From Chloroflexota bacterium (GTDB lineage: Bacteria > Chloroflexota > Dehalococcoidia > Lucifugimonadales > Lucifugimonadaceae), in contig JAYZIQ010000035.1 of assembly GCA_036165455.1 (NCBI GenBank), positions 1-33,306 of the forward strand: a stretch of DNA of 33,306 bases. Direction: 5' to 3'. Position 1 is the first letter of the stretch, and the number at the start of each line of letters is the position of its first letter. The notes beneath the pieces were generated by a model. It made no database searches. It saw nothing but the letters and a program-made list of their open reading frames with translations, and had not been told where the DNA came from. The position numbers and the translations under genes were made by a program. Below, one piece after another: positions 1-7,939 of this stretch.

Positions 1-54
1 TTTTATTATAAGATAAAAATAACACCTAAATAACAATAAGTAACAAGAGTAATG

Positions 55-684
55 TTAAAAAATTCGCAGAGAATTCCTGATTTTTTGTAGACTGTGTCTC
101 ATATCAAAATCAGATTCTAATGAGCTCTCAACAAACCTAACCGCATTAAGCACAGTGGCATGATTTTTGTTGCCTAATATGCTTCCAGAAGCAGACAAGG
201 TTAGGTTAAGGTCTTTATTTAAAATAAAACTAGAAAGCCTTCGAGCATAAACAATTTGGGCCCCCCTACTATTACTTTTAATTTCTTCTTCTGTTACCCC
301 TAGGTGGGCTGCAACTTTATGTATAACCTCACCAGGCAATGGCTTATTGTTAATCTTAATGTCATCAAAACCTATTATCATAGATTTGGCCCCATCAAGA
401 TCAATTAGCTCTCCTTTTAATTGAGACATCGCCTTTAACCTGTTTAAAATAGATTCGATCTGGCGAATATTTACCTGGCATAATTGAGCAACGTAATCTA
501 TAATTTCGCTATTAATATTAAGGCATAGTCTTTCAGCTTTATATTCAATAATTGCCACTTTTGTTTCATAGTCAGGGGGATTAATAACAACCACCAATCC
601 GGATTGAAAGCGACTCGTTAGTCTTGCCTCAAATTCAATTAATTTTGAAGGATCATCACCAGCTAGAATTATTTTTTTATCGCT
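55..684 (-). CDS. dnaA: DnaA C-terminal part (rest of the AAA+ domain III plus DNA-binding domain IV), in frame with and directly following the TGA at 687-685
   Basis: The frame is open from 684 down to TAA at 57-55. It reads SDKKIILAGDDPSKLIEFEARLTSRFQSGLVVVINPPDYETKVAII, then a domain IV helix-turn-helix (...YARRLSSFIL...GNKNHATVLNAV...). The first canonical start in this frame is TTG at 597 with no SD, so it does not look like an independent gene. Confidence 0.88.
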   Translation of the reverse strand, partial: SDKKIILAGDDPSKLIEFEARLTSRFQSGLVVVINPPDYETKVAIIEYKAERLCLNINSEIIDYVAQLCQVNIRQIESILNRLKAMSQLKGELIDLDGAKSMIIGFDDIKINNKPLPGEVIHKVAAHLGVTEEEIKSNSRGAQIVYARRLSSFILNKDLNLTLSASGSILGNKNHATVLNAVRFVESSLESDFDMRHSLQKIRNSLRIF

Positions 685-1341
685 TCAGTAAAGGTCATTA
701 AATGTGTGAAAAAACCCTTCCTGGGTTTGTGTTTTGCCACTTAAAAATTGAATATCATCGACAATTAAAGCGTCACAAGATCTGTGCTCACTTCGAAAAG
801 ATTCCGTTTTCTTTTCTTTGATTGCCTTGATGTACTCATTTGTGAATCTTTCAGAGGTAATATATTTCACTTTTAAGCCTTTGCTCATAAGTGCGCCATG
901 AATTGATAAAAGGAGGTGGGTTTTGCCAAGACCTACGTTTGAATAAATATATAAAGGATTAAAATCCGTTTCTGAAAAATCAGCAAATTGTTTACATGCT
1001 GCAAAAGCCAGCTCATTTGAAGGCCCAACGATAAAAGAATCAAAAGCATATTTATTATTATCTGGTTTTGATGGAAGACGAATTTCAGTTTTTACAGAAT
1101 TTTTATTAATTATTAGAATTTCAGTTGGCTCACCGCTTGACTCTTCAACAGCTCTTTTTAAGTCAGGCATTAACCGGGCCTGCAACATTTCTAAAGCAAA
1201 GGGGCTATCAACACTTAGAGTTAAAGAATTATTTTCATAAGCAGTGGGCTCAATAGGTGATATCCACATCTTAAAATTTATTGAGTTTATTTCTTCTTCA
1301 AGGATCCTAAGAGACCTTGACCATAAACTTTTTATGTCCAA
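685..1341 (-). CDS. dnaA: DnaA chromosomal replication initiator, N-terminal part (domains I-II and first half of the AAA+ domain). It ends at an in-frame TGA (687-685) that interrupts an otherwise continuous dnaA frame.
   Basis: TTG start at 1341-1339 with a GAGGGG Shine-Dalgarno 6 nt upstream. The translation carries Walker A GLGKTHL, Walker B LIVDDIQF and the FFHTFN box. It is in the same frame as 55..684. Confidence 0.9.
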   Translation of the reverse strand: MDIKSLWSRSLRILEEEINSINFKMWISPIEPTAYENNSLTLSVDSPFALEMLQARLMPDLKRAVEESSGEPTEILIINKNSVKTEIRLPSKPDNNKYAFDSFIVGPSNELAFAACKQFADFSETDFNPLYIYSNVGLGKTHLLLSIHGALMSKGLKVKYITSERFTNEYIKAIKEKKTESFRSEHRSCDALIVDDIQFLSGKTQTQEGFFHTFNDLY

Positions 1342-1357
1342 TTATTTCCCCTCATGC

Positions 1358-1417
1358 CCTCTAAAATTTGACAAAAAGATACAGCGGATGCAAGTATTTG
1401 ATTTCAAAATTTAGAGG
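1358..1417. promoter_or_regulatory. 14-bp inverted repeat (13/14 complementary, 32-nt spacer) in the dnaA leader, immediately upstream of the dnaA SD
   Basis: cctctaaaatttga (1358-1371) pairs with tcaaaatttagagg (1404-1417). On the dnaA mRNA strand the 3' arm ends 4 nt before GAGGGG. Confidence 0.5.
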
Positions 1418-1552
1418 CCCAAAATTATTAAAGCCGTCACTGCAAAACATCAATAAAATATTTATACAATTGATTAGACAAACATAACATATGGCAAGGC
1501 ATATATGGCAATACCTTTCTTTGTAAAATATCCCCAAAATTCTGGGAAATAT

Positions 1553-1578
1553 TGTGAAAAGCTGTTCTTTTTTTCACA
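1553..1578. promoter_or_regulatory. 8-bp perfect inverted repeat TGTGAAAA-N10-TTTTCACA upstream of fmt (function unknown; weakly DnaA-box-like)
   Basis: tgtgaaaa at 1553-1560 and ttttcaca at 1571-1578. Confidence 0.4.
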
Positions 1579-1626
1579 GGCTAGTTTAAGAGAACAAATG
1601 TTCTTTAATGTTGTAATATAAAAATT

Positions 1627-2604
1627 ATGAAAATTATTTTTTTTGGCACAGATGAAAATGCAAAATTGGTTTTGAGAGACCTTCACCTCTCCTCTCATAA
1701 TGTTGTGTTGGTAGTTACAGTTTCAGACAAAATAAGATCTAGGGGAACCAAAAAAACCCCTACCCCTATTAAAGAGTACTGTCTTGAAAGCAAAATTAAT
1801 TGTGTTGACCAAATGCCGGAAGCCAGCGACCTCAAAAATCTGAACCCAGATGTAATTGTGGTTGCTTCATATGGTAGAATAATTCCGGACGAAATTATTA
1901 ATTTGCCTAAATATGGTGCACTAAATTTACACCCTTCGTTGCTGCCAAAATATAGAGGCCCTTCTCCAGTACATGCTGCCATCAAAAATGGTGACCATAT
2001 TACGGGCGTATCCATAATAGTTCTTTCCAAAGAGCTCGATGCTGGGCCAATAGTTGAGCAAGCAAGCCAAGCCATAGAAAAGTCAGATAACCTAAAGACG
2101 CTTACTAAAAGCCTCTTCGTAAAAGGCTCTAACATTATTAAAAAAGTATTAGATAACCCCTCAAAAATTAAGGATTCAGAAGAGCAGGACCACTCTCTTT
2201 CTGTAATGACAAAAAAAATATCAAAAGAAGATGCGCATATTGACTGGAGCAAGCCAGGAATAAAAATAATAAATCACGTAAGAGCATTTGATGATAAGAG
2301 CGCTGCCTATTCTTTTATAGATGGAAAAAGAATGAAAGTATATAAATCTCTATTTCTGGATAATGCCGCCCCTCCCAATCATGTCTTCATGGGCAATCAT
2401 GGTGGCCATAGTAGGCCCAAGGGGGCCCTCGGCGTAGACATGCAAGGAAATTTAGTTGTCACTGTCTGCGACGGAATGATAATTATCCAGGAGCTACAAT
2501 TAGAAGGAAGGTCCCGAATGAAGGGTTCTGAGTTCGCAAGAGGCTATTTTCCGCCAGACCCAAAGGGTCATGTTGGTCGTTGTCTTGAAAAATCTCTAAG
2601 CTGA
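1627..2604 (+). CDS. fmt: Methionyl-tRNA formyltransferase
   Basis: MKIIFFGT N-terminus, the formyltransferase core motif NLHPSLLPKYRGPSPV, and a C-terminal LQLEGRSRM domain. About 325 aa, ends in TGA. Confidence 0.9.
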   Translation: MKIIFFGTDENAKLVLRDLHLSSHNVVLVVTVSDKIRSRGTKKTPTPIKEYCLESKINCVDQMPEASDLKNLNPDVIVVASYGRIIPDEIINLPKYGALNLHPSLLPKYRGPSPVHAAIKNGDHITGVSIIVLSKELDAGPIVEQASQAIEKSDNLKTLTKSLFVKGSNIIKKVLDNPSKIKDSEEQDHSLSVMTKKISKEDAHIDWSKPGIKIINHVRAFDDKSAAYSFIDGKRMKVYKSLFLDNAAPPNHVFMGNHGGHSRPKGALGVDMQGNLVVTVCDGMIIIQELQLEGRSRMKGSEFARGYFPPDPKGHVGRCLEKSLS

Positions 2605-2889
2605 AGGCACTATGACTGTTATCTCTCGTCTTGCGAGATGTCCCCGAACAGTTGGCATGTTTTCTTTCCACCAGTCACTACCGTAAAAAGCCTCTTCTTT
2701 TACTTTAATATCTTCAAGGCTTTCATATGTTCTTATCCATATAAACCGCTCTTTTTCTTCATCCATCCATGCAGACTGTATTCCCATTCCAAACTCTAGA
2801 GTTTTAGGGGCGATCATCTCATGAAATAATTTTAACCAGCTATCTGCCATCCCCTTGTTAATTGTGTATATTCTTAATTGTCCAACCAT
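2596..2889 (-). CDS. Small NIPSNAP / dimeric alpha-beta-barrel family protein
   Basis: 97 aa. The pattern (RIYTINKG...WLKLFHE...FIWIRTYESLEDIKVKEEAFYGSDWW) resembles the NIPSNAP family by eye. Its 3' end overlaps the fmt 3' end by 9 nt. Confidence 0.55.
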   Translation of the reverse strand: MVGQLRIYTINKGMADSWLKLFHEMIAPKTLEFGMGIQSAWMDEEKERFIWIRTYESLEDIKVKEEAFYGSDWWKENMPTVRGHLARREITVIVPSA

Positions 2890-2963
2890 AGATTTACCTT
2901 TACTGTATTTTCTGTAATTATAGTAAATATCTTTACATAAAAGAATAGGCAGTAGGGGGCAAT

Positions 2964-4160
2964 ATGAAAATAGAAAAAGTAGAGCTAAGGGAATTAAACG
3001 GAATTCTTAAAACAGAAAATATTTTTTGGGAAGAGAGGCTGGTAAGGCCAATAGATATTTATCCTGACCATAGGGCCGAAGAGTTTAATGAAACAAAATT
3101 CGGCAGCGCCCAAGAGGGGCACGAATACCCTATTTCTGCGGTATTTATTGAGATTAAAACTGATGAAGGGGCTACAGGAATAGGCGGGCCCATAGATAGG
3201 GCTCAAGCATATTTAATTAAAGAACAACTGACCCACTTGCTTATAGGAAAAGACCCGATAGCAATAGAATTGATTTGGGACCAGATGCATAGGTTTCAGG
3301 TTCATGGAAGGCAAGGAACGCCAATGCTTGCGCTTAGCGCAATTGACTGCGCATTATGGGACCTTAAAGGAAAGTATTACAACACGCCGGTATATAAATT
3401 AATTGGAGGCCCAACGAGAACTGAAGTGCCGGCTTATGCAAGTATGCTTGGTTTTAGTGTTGAAGATTTAGGGTTAGTAAAAGAAAGGGCTCAACAATTC
3501 AAGGAAATGGGGTACACTGCGCAAAAATGGTTTTTCCGGCATGGACCAATGAGCGGACACGAAGGAATTAAAAAGAACGTTGCAATGGTTAAGGTGCTTA
3601 GAGAGGTGCTGGGCGAAGATTATGATATTATGCTTGATTGTTGGCAAAGCTGGAATTTAAATTATGCAGTAAAAATGATTTCTCGTATTGAGGAGTATGA
3701 GCCGAGGTGGCTTGAAGAGGTGGCTATGCCTGACAGGATAGACACTTATAGACAGGTAAGAGAAAGCACTTCAATCCCGCTTTCAGGGGCTGAGCATGAA
3801 TATACACGGTGGGGCTTTAAAAGGTTTGTGGATGAAGAGGCGCTTGATATTTTGCAGCCCGATATATATTGGGCAGGAGGGTTAAGCGAAACACTAAAAA
3901 TCGCAAACTATGCAACAATACATGACCTAATAACAATACCACATGGGCATTCCTCTAGAGCTGGAATAAACTTTTCGCTAACTCAATCGCCTGTACACAC
4001 CCCTTACCAAGAATTTTTAGTTAAGTGGAATGCTATTCATCAATTTTTCTTAAGAACTCCAATAAACCCAGAAAGCGGAATGATAGCAATACCTGAAGAG
4101 CCAGGCTTAGGAATGGAAATTGACGACTCAAAAATAGAATCAGAAACAATAATTAAATAA
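2964..4160 (+). CDS. Enolase-superfamily (mandelate racemase/muconate lactonizing enzyme) acid-sugar dehydratase, L-rhamnonate dehydratase-like
   Basis: GGGGG SD upstream. 398 aa. AIDCALWDLKGK..PVYKLIGG, GPMSGHEGIKKNVAMVKVLREVLGEDYDIMLDCWQSWNLNYAVKM, LQPDIYWAGGLSE and IPHGHS are colinear with E. coli RhmD as I recall it. Membership of the superfamily is certain; the substrate is not. Confidence 0.7.
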   Translation: MKIEKVELRELNGILKTENIFWEERLVRPIDIYPDHRAEEFNETKFGSAQEGHEYPISAVFIEIKTDEGATGIGGPIDRAQAYLIKEQLTHLLIGKDPIAIELIWDQMHRFQVHGRQGTPMLALSAIDCALWDLKGKYYNTPVYKLIGGPTRTEVPAYASMLGFSVEDLGLVKERAQQFKEMGYTAQKWFFRHGPMSGHEGIKKNVAMVKVLREVLGEDYDIMLDCWQSWNLNYAVKMISRIEEYEPRWLEEVAMPDRIDTYRQVRESTSIPLSGAEHEYTRWGFKRFVDEEALDILQPDIYWAGGLSETLKIANYATIHDLITIPHGHSSRAGINFSLTQSPVHTPYQEFLVKWNAIHQFFLRTPINPESGMIAIPEEPGLGMEIDDSKIESETIIK

Positions 4161-7100
4161 TTGACCTAGATCTTCTTCGCCCTCTAAATCTTTTTTTTGC
4201 AGGGCCTATCTGGCCAATGCCCTCCTGGTCTCTTTTGGGAAAGCTAAACATTAAATCTTTTTTTGTTTTTTTGGGTTTATCGGCTGTAGTTTTTTTGGGC
4301 TTATTTATTTTAGCTTCAGGTTTTATTTTTGATTCTTTAATTAGATATTGACCAGTAAAAGAACCATTAACTGCGGCTATATTTTCAGGGGAGCCTTCCG
4401 CAATTAATTCGCCACCACTTTCGCCTGCGCCAGGGCCAAGGTCAATTATCCAGTCTGCGTTTTTAATCACATCTAAATGATGTTCTATTAGAACAACACT
4501 GTTTCCGGCGTCTACCAACCTATGCAATATTTTTATAAGTGCGTTACAGTCTTCGAAAGAAAGCCCTGTAGTAGGCTCATCTAAAATAAATAGAGTCTTT
4601 CCTGTTGCCCTCTTAGAAAGGTATGTTGAAAGTTTAACCCTTTGGGCTTCTCCTCCACTTAAAGTGGTTGCAGGCTGTCCTAATTTTATGTAGCCTAGCC
4701 CCACATCTTTTAGTGTTTCAAGCTTTTTATAAATGGATTGATAAGGCGAAAACACATTGAGCGCTTCTGATACTGTTAAGTCTAGTATTTCAGAAATTGA
4801 AAGGCCTTTAAACTTTATCTTTAAGGCTTCTTGGTTATACCTCTTTCCTTTGCAGTCTTCGCACGGAACATTTACGTCTGGCAGAAACTGCATTTGTATC
4901 TCGTTATACCCAGCACCTTCGCAGTTCTCGCACCTCCCCCCTTTCACATTAAAAGAAAATCGCCCAGCTTTATAGCCTTTAGCTCTTGATTCTGGAACTG
5001 AAGCAAAAAGATCTCTAATTGGGCCAAAAAGACCTGTGTATGTAGCAGGGTTTGATCTTGGAGTTCTCCCTATAGGGCTTTGATCGATGTTAATGACTTT
5101 GTCTAGCTCTGAAAGCCCTAAAACACCTTTGTGTTTACCTGGTATTTCTCTCGAACCATGAAAATGTTTATACAAGGATTTATATAATATTTCATTTATT
5201 AAGGTGCTTTTTCCAGACCCAGAAGCCCCAGTAACACACACCAATACTTGCAGAGGGATAGAGATATCCAAGCTTTTAAGATTATTTTCTTCAGCCCCAA
5301 GAATTTGTATATGCTTGCCTTTTAGCTTAGGCCTTCTTTTTTTAGGAATCTCAATGCTTTTTTTGCCTGATAGATATTCGCCTGTTAAAGAGTTGTTAGA
5401 TTTAATAATTTTTTCTATCGATCCTTGCGCAGTTATATTCCCCCCTAAGCTTCCTGCTCTAGGGCCAAGGTCAATTATATGGTCAGCAGCACGCATTATA
5501 GACTCATCATGCTCAACAACCAAGATGGTGTTCCCTAAATTTCTTAGTTCTATCAAGGTATTAATTAGCCTGTCATTATCTATAGGGTGCAGGCCTATAG
5601 AGGGCTCATCACATACATACATAACCCCTGTAAGCCCGGATCCAATTTGAGATGCGAGCCGTATTCTTTGACCCTCCCCCCCGCTTAAAGTTGAGGTGGG
5701 TCTGTTTAGCGAAATATACCCAAGGCCAACTTTATCTAAAAACTTAAGCCTAGATGAAATTTCTTTAAATATTTGTGACCCAATTTTTAGCTCAGATTTA
5801 TTCAAAGAGTCATTTTGTGATGACTTTTTTTCTTGCGACCTTTCTATCCATTTGTAGCAATCTTTAACAGAAAGGTCAGATATTTCAAAAATATTTTCAT
5901 TTAGTATTTTGACTGATAAAGCATCTTTTTTGAGTCTTTGGCCTTTGCAGTCTGAGCATCTTTTTTGAGTCATGAATGACTGTAGAGAGTCTCTCACAGA
6001 AGAGGATTCAGAAGAGTGGAACCTTTTTTCAAGTATGTTAACTATTCCCGTAAATTTTGTTCTCCAAATTCTTTCCTTTCCTCTTTTTGAAGAGTATCTC
6101 ACGGGGTAAACGTCATTTTTGGATCCATATAAAATTAATTTCAAAATATTTGGGTCCAAATTTTTGACTTTATCTTCCACAGAAAACCCATGAACCTCAG
6201 AAAGCGTTCTTATGAAATTATATTCCCAGGCCAAGGCACCATTTTTTAGTGTCCAAGGAACAACAGCCCCATCTATTAATTTTTTATTAGGATCTGGAAT
6301 AATTAGTTCAGGCTCAATTTGTAATTTATAGCCTAGGCCAGAACAAGACTTGCAGGCACCATAAGGCGTGTTAAACGAGAAATTTCTGGGCTCCAGCTCT
6401 TCTATGCTTATATCACATTTAGTACAAGATAAATTTTCTGAAACTATGGTGTCCTCTTCCGAGGCACTGGCTATAATCAGCCTACCCTCCCCAAGAGACA
6501 AGCATGTTTCTACAGACTCATTTAATCTTGATCTGTCCATAGTCTTTTTTATAATTAGCCTGTCTACAACAACTTCGATGTTGTGCCACTTATTTTTATT
6601 TAAGTTAATTTCCTTTTCTAATTCAAAAATATTTTCATCTATTCTTGCCCTAACATAACCATCTCTCTTTATCTTTGAAATAACATTCTTGTGTTCACCT
6701 TTCATGTGTTTAATTATTGGTGCCAATAGCATAATTCTTTTATTTTCTTCTAATTTGAGTATTCTTTCTGTAATTTCTTCAACGGATTGTTTAGCAACTA
6801 TTTCTCCACATGACGGACAATGAGGCCTCCCTATTCTTGAAAAAAGAAGCCTTAAATAATCATAGATTTCTGTTACGGTGCCAACTGTAGACCTTGGGTT
6901 TTTAGAGACCCCTTTTTGATCTATTGAAATGGCTGGGCTAAGGCCTTCGATTGAGTCGACATCAGGCTTTTCCATTCTGCCTAAAAACTGTCTAGCATAT
7001 GCAGACAAAGATTCCATATACCTTCTTTGCCCTTCTGCGAATATTGTATTGAATGCCAAGGAGCTTTTGCCTGAACCTGAAACCCCAGTTATAACAACAA

Positions 7101-7185
7101 ATTTGTCCCGGGGGATATCTACATTTATATTGTTTAGGTTGTTTTCCCTGGCGCCCTTAACTTTAATTTTTTTTGAAACTGACAT
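4153..7185 (-). CDS. uvrA: Excinuclease ABC subunit A, with a roughly 62 aa basic C-terminal tail
   Basis: IKVKGARENNLNNINVDIPRDKFVVITGVSGSGKSSLAF, two ABC modules (LSGGEGQR / LSGGEAQR, Walker B LDEPS/LDEPT) and zinc-finger Cys clusters. ATG at 7185 lies 4 nt after the recO stop; an alternative GTG is at 7200. Confidence 0.95.
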   Translation of the reverse strand: MSVSKKIKVKGARENNLNNINVDIPRDKFVVITGVSGSGKSSLAFNTIFAEGQRRYMESLSAYARQFLGRMEKPDVDSIEGLSPAISIDQKGVSKNPRSTVGTVTEIYDYLRLLFSRIGRPHCPSCGEIVAKQSVEEITERILKLEENKRIMLLAPIIKHMKGEHKNVISKIKRDGYVRARIDENIFELEKEINLNKNKWHNIEVVVDRLIIKKTMDRSRLNESVETCLSLGEGRLIIASASEEDTIVSENLSCTKCDISIEELEPRNFSFNTPYGACKSCSGLGYKLQIEPELIIPDPNKKLIDGAVVPWTLKNGALAWEYNFIRTLSEVHGFSVEDKVKNLDPNILKLILYGSKNDVYPVRYSSKRGKERIWRTKFTGIVNILEKRFHSSESSSVRDSLQSFMTQKRCSDCKGQRLKKDALSVKILNENIFEISDLSVKDCYKWIERSQEKKSSQNDSLNKSELKIGSQIFKEISSRLKFLDKVGLGYISLNRPTSTLSGGEGQRIRLASQIGSGLTGVMYVCDEPSIGLHPIDNDRLINTLIELRNLGNTILVVEHDESIMRAADHIIDLGPRAGSLGGNITAQGSIEKIIKSNNSLTGEYLSGKKSIEIPKKRRPKLKGKHIQILGAEENNLKSLDISIPLQVLVCVTGASGSGKSTLINEILYKSLYKHFHGSREIPGKHKGVLGLSELDKVINIDQSPIGRTPRSNPATYTGLFGPIRDLFASVPESRAKGYKAGRFSFNVKGGRCENCEGAGYNEIQMQFLPDVNVPCEDCKGKRYNQEALKIKFKGLSISEILDLTVSEALNVFSPYQSIYKKLETLKDVGLGYIKLGQPATTLSGGEAQRVKLSTYLSKRATGKTLFILDEPTTGLSFEDCNALIKILHRLVDAGNSVVLIEHHLDVIKNADWIIDLGPGAGESGGELIAEGSPENIAAVNGSFTGQYLIKESKIKPEAKINKPKKTTADKPKKTKKDLMFSFPKRDQEGIGQIGPAKKRFRGRRRSRSII

Positions 7186-7189
7186 TACA

Positions 7190-7939
7190 TTATAAGTCAC
7201 TAAATTTAACTGTTTTCAATTGTACACCTATTATGTCGCGGATTGATTTCTGAATTAATTTTCTGCAATTATTTATTTCTTTTTCTGCCAAATTTAAATT
7301 TATTAGGCCCTTATATTTTTTTCTACTTATTGTTCTAAGAATGAGCTGCTGCTCTATAGTAACCTTAATGCTCTCATAGTGAATTTCTTTGGATTCAAAA
7401 CAGCCTCCGCAATAAAACCCCCCAGCTTTTGAAGAGAAGTAATGGTCTGATCTTTCCAGTTTTTTATTGCAATTTGTGCAATCAAAAAGCCTAATTCCAA
7501 AGCCCTGATATTTTAATAATTCGAATTCAAAGATTAAAATATCTAAGTCTGGCATTTTTGAATTATGAATATTTGATAGAGTGCTAATTAATAAACTTAA
7601 AATATAAGAGTTGTCTTCGTTTTCAGAAGACAAAGACTCTGATAGTTCCATCATATATTGTGCCCTTAATATCAAGTTATATTCTTTTTTTATTTCTAAG
7701 AATGAGCTAATTGATTCTACCTGAGAGACAGAATTTAATGATTTGCTGGGCCTATAATAAAGCATGACATAATTCAAAGGCTCTATGTGTCCAGACAATT
7801 TTGAGCTAGGTTTTTTTGCTCCCCTAGCAATGAATTTCATAATTCCATTGTCTGATATTAAGGTAAAGATGCGATCAGCCTCTTTATAATTTGTGCACCT
7901 AGTTATGATGCCTTTTGCTTGCCTGCTAATTGACTTCAT
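7190..7939 (-). CDS. recO: DNA repair protein RecO
   Basis: N-terminal OB-fold pattern (GIITRCTNYKEADRIFTLISDNG...KFIARGAKK) and a C-terminal zinc finger (CTNCNKK...GGFYCGGC). The ATG at 7939 is preferred over the longer ORF start at 8026, which would run 100 nt into recR. Confidence 0.85.
   Translation of the reverse strand: MKSISRQAKGIITRCTNYKEADRIFTLISDNGIMKFIARGAKKPSSKLSGHIEPLNYVMLYYRPSKSLNSVSQVESISSFLEIKKEYNLILRAQYMMELSESLSSENEDNSYILSLLISTLSNIHNSKMPDLDILIFEFELLKYQGFGIRLFDCTNCNKKLERSDHYFSSKAGGFYCGGCFESKEIHYESIKVTIEQQLILRTISRKKYKGLINLNLAEKEINNCRKLIQKSIRDIIGVQLKTVKFSDL

Noticed and set aside
685-687. Genome-wide TGA reassignment (code 4 or 25), or selenocysteine, as the explanation for the dnaA TGA
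   Set aside because: TGA ends ggt, fmt and the 107-aa ORF at family-typical C-termini or in ATGA-type overlaps, and Trp is encoded by TGG throughout. Downstream of the dnaA TGA I found only a weak AT-rich hairpin (TCAAA(A)TT-AATT-GA(A)TTTGA), nothing like a bacterial SECIS. A Cys/Sec at this variable DnaA position also has no rationale.
1553-1578. A CRP/FNR-type site (TGTGA...TCACA)
   Set aside because: The spacing between TGTGA and TCACA is 16 nt rather than 6. It is kept only as an unexplained palindrome.
1474-1698. 74-aa minus-strand ORF in the dnaA-fmt spacer
   Set aside because: Low-complexity, Cys/Phe/Lys-rich translation of AT-rich DNA with no SD, and it overlaps the fmt start. It is most likely spurious.
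1695-2252. Long antisense ORFs opposite real genes: 1695-2252, 4757-4975, 5204-5650, 6368-6658, 6929-7195, 9023-9268, 9620-9859, 11801-12112, 13808-14098, 15712-16008, 16344-16559, 22669-22890, 28373-28609, 29814-30059, 30519-30839, 31299-31505
   Set aside because: Each lies entirely inside, and antisense to, a CDS with strong family motifs. The translations are low-complexity (for example [11 protein letters not shown] opposite the gyrB repeat). These are shadow ORFs.
2901-2925. SOS/LexA-box-like sequence TACTGTATTTTCTGTAATTATAGTA in the NIPSNAP/enolase divergent spacer
   Set aside because: Only the left half (TACTGTAT) fits the E. coli-type CTGT-N8-ACAG box, and the right half lacks ACAG. 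The 7-bp imperfect inverted repeat with an 11-bp spacer is too weak in AT-rich DNA to call.
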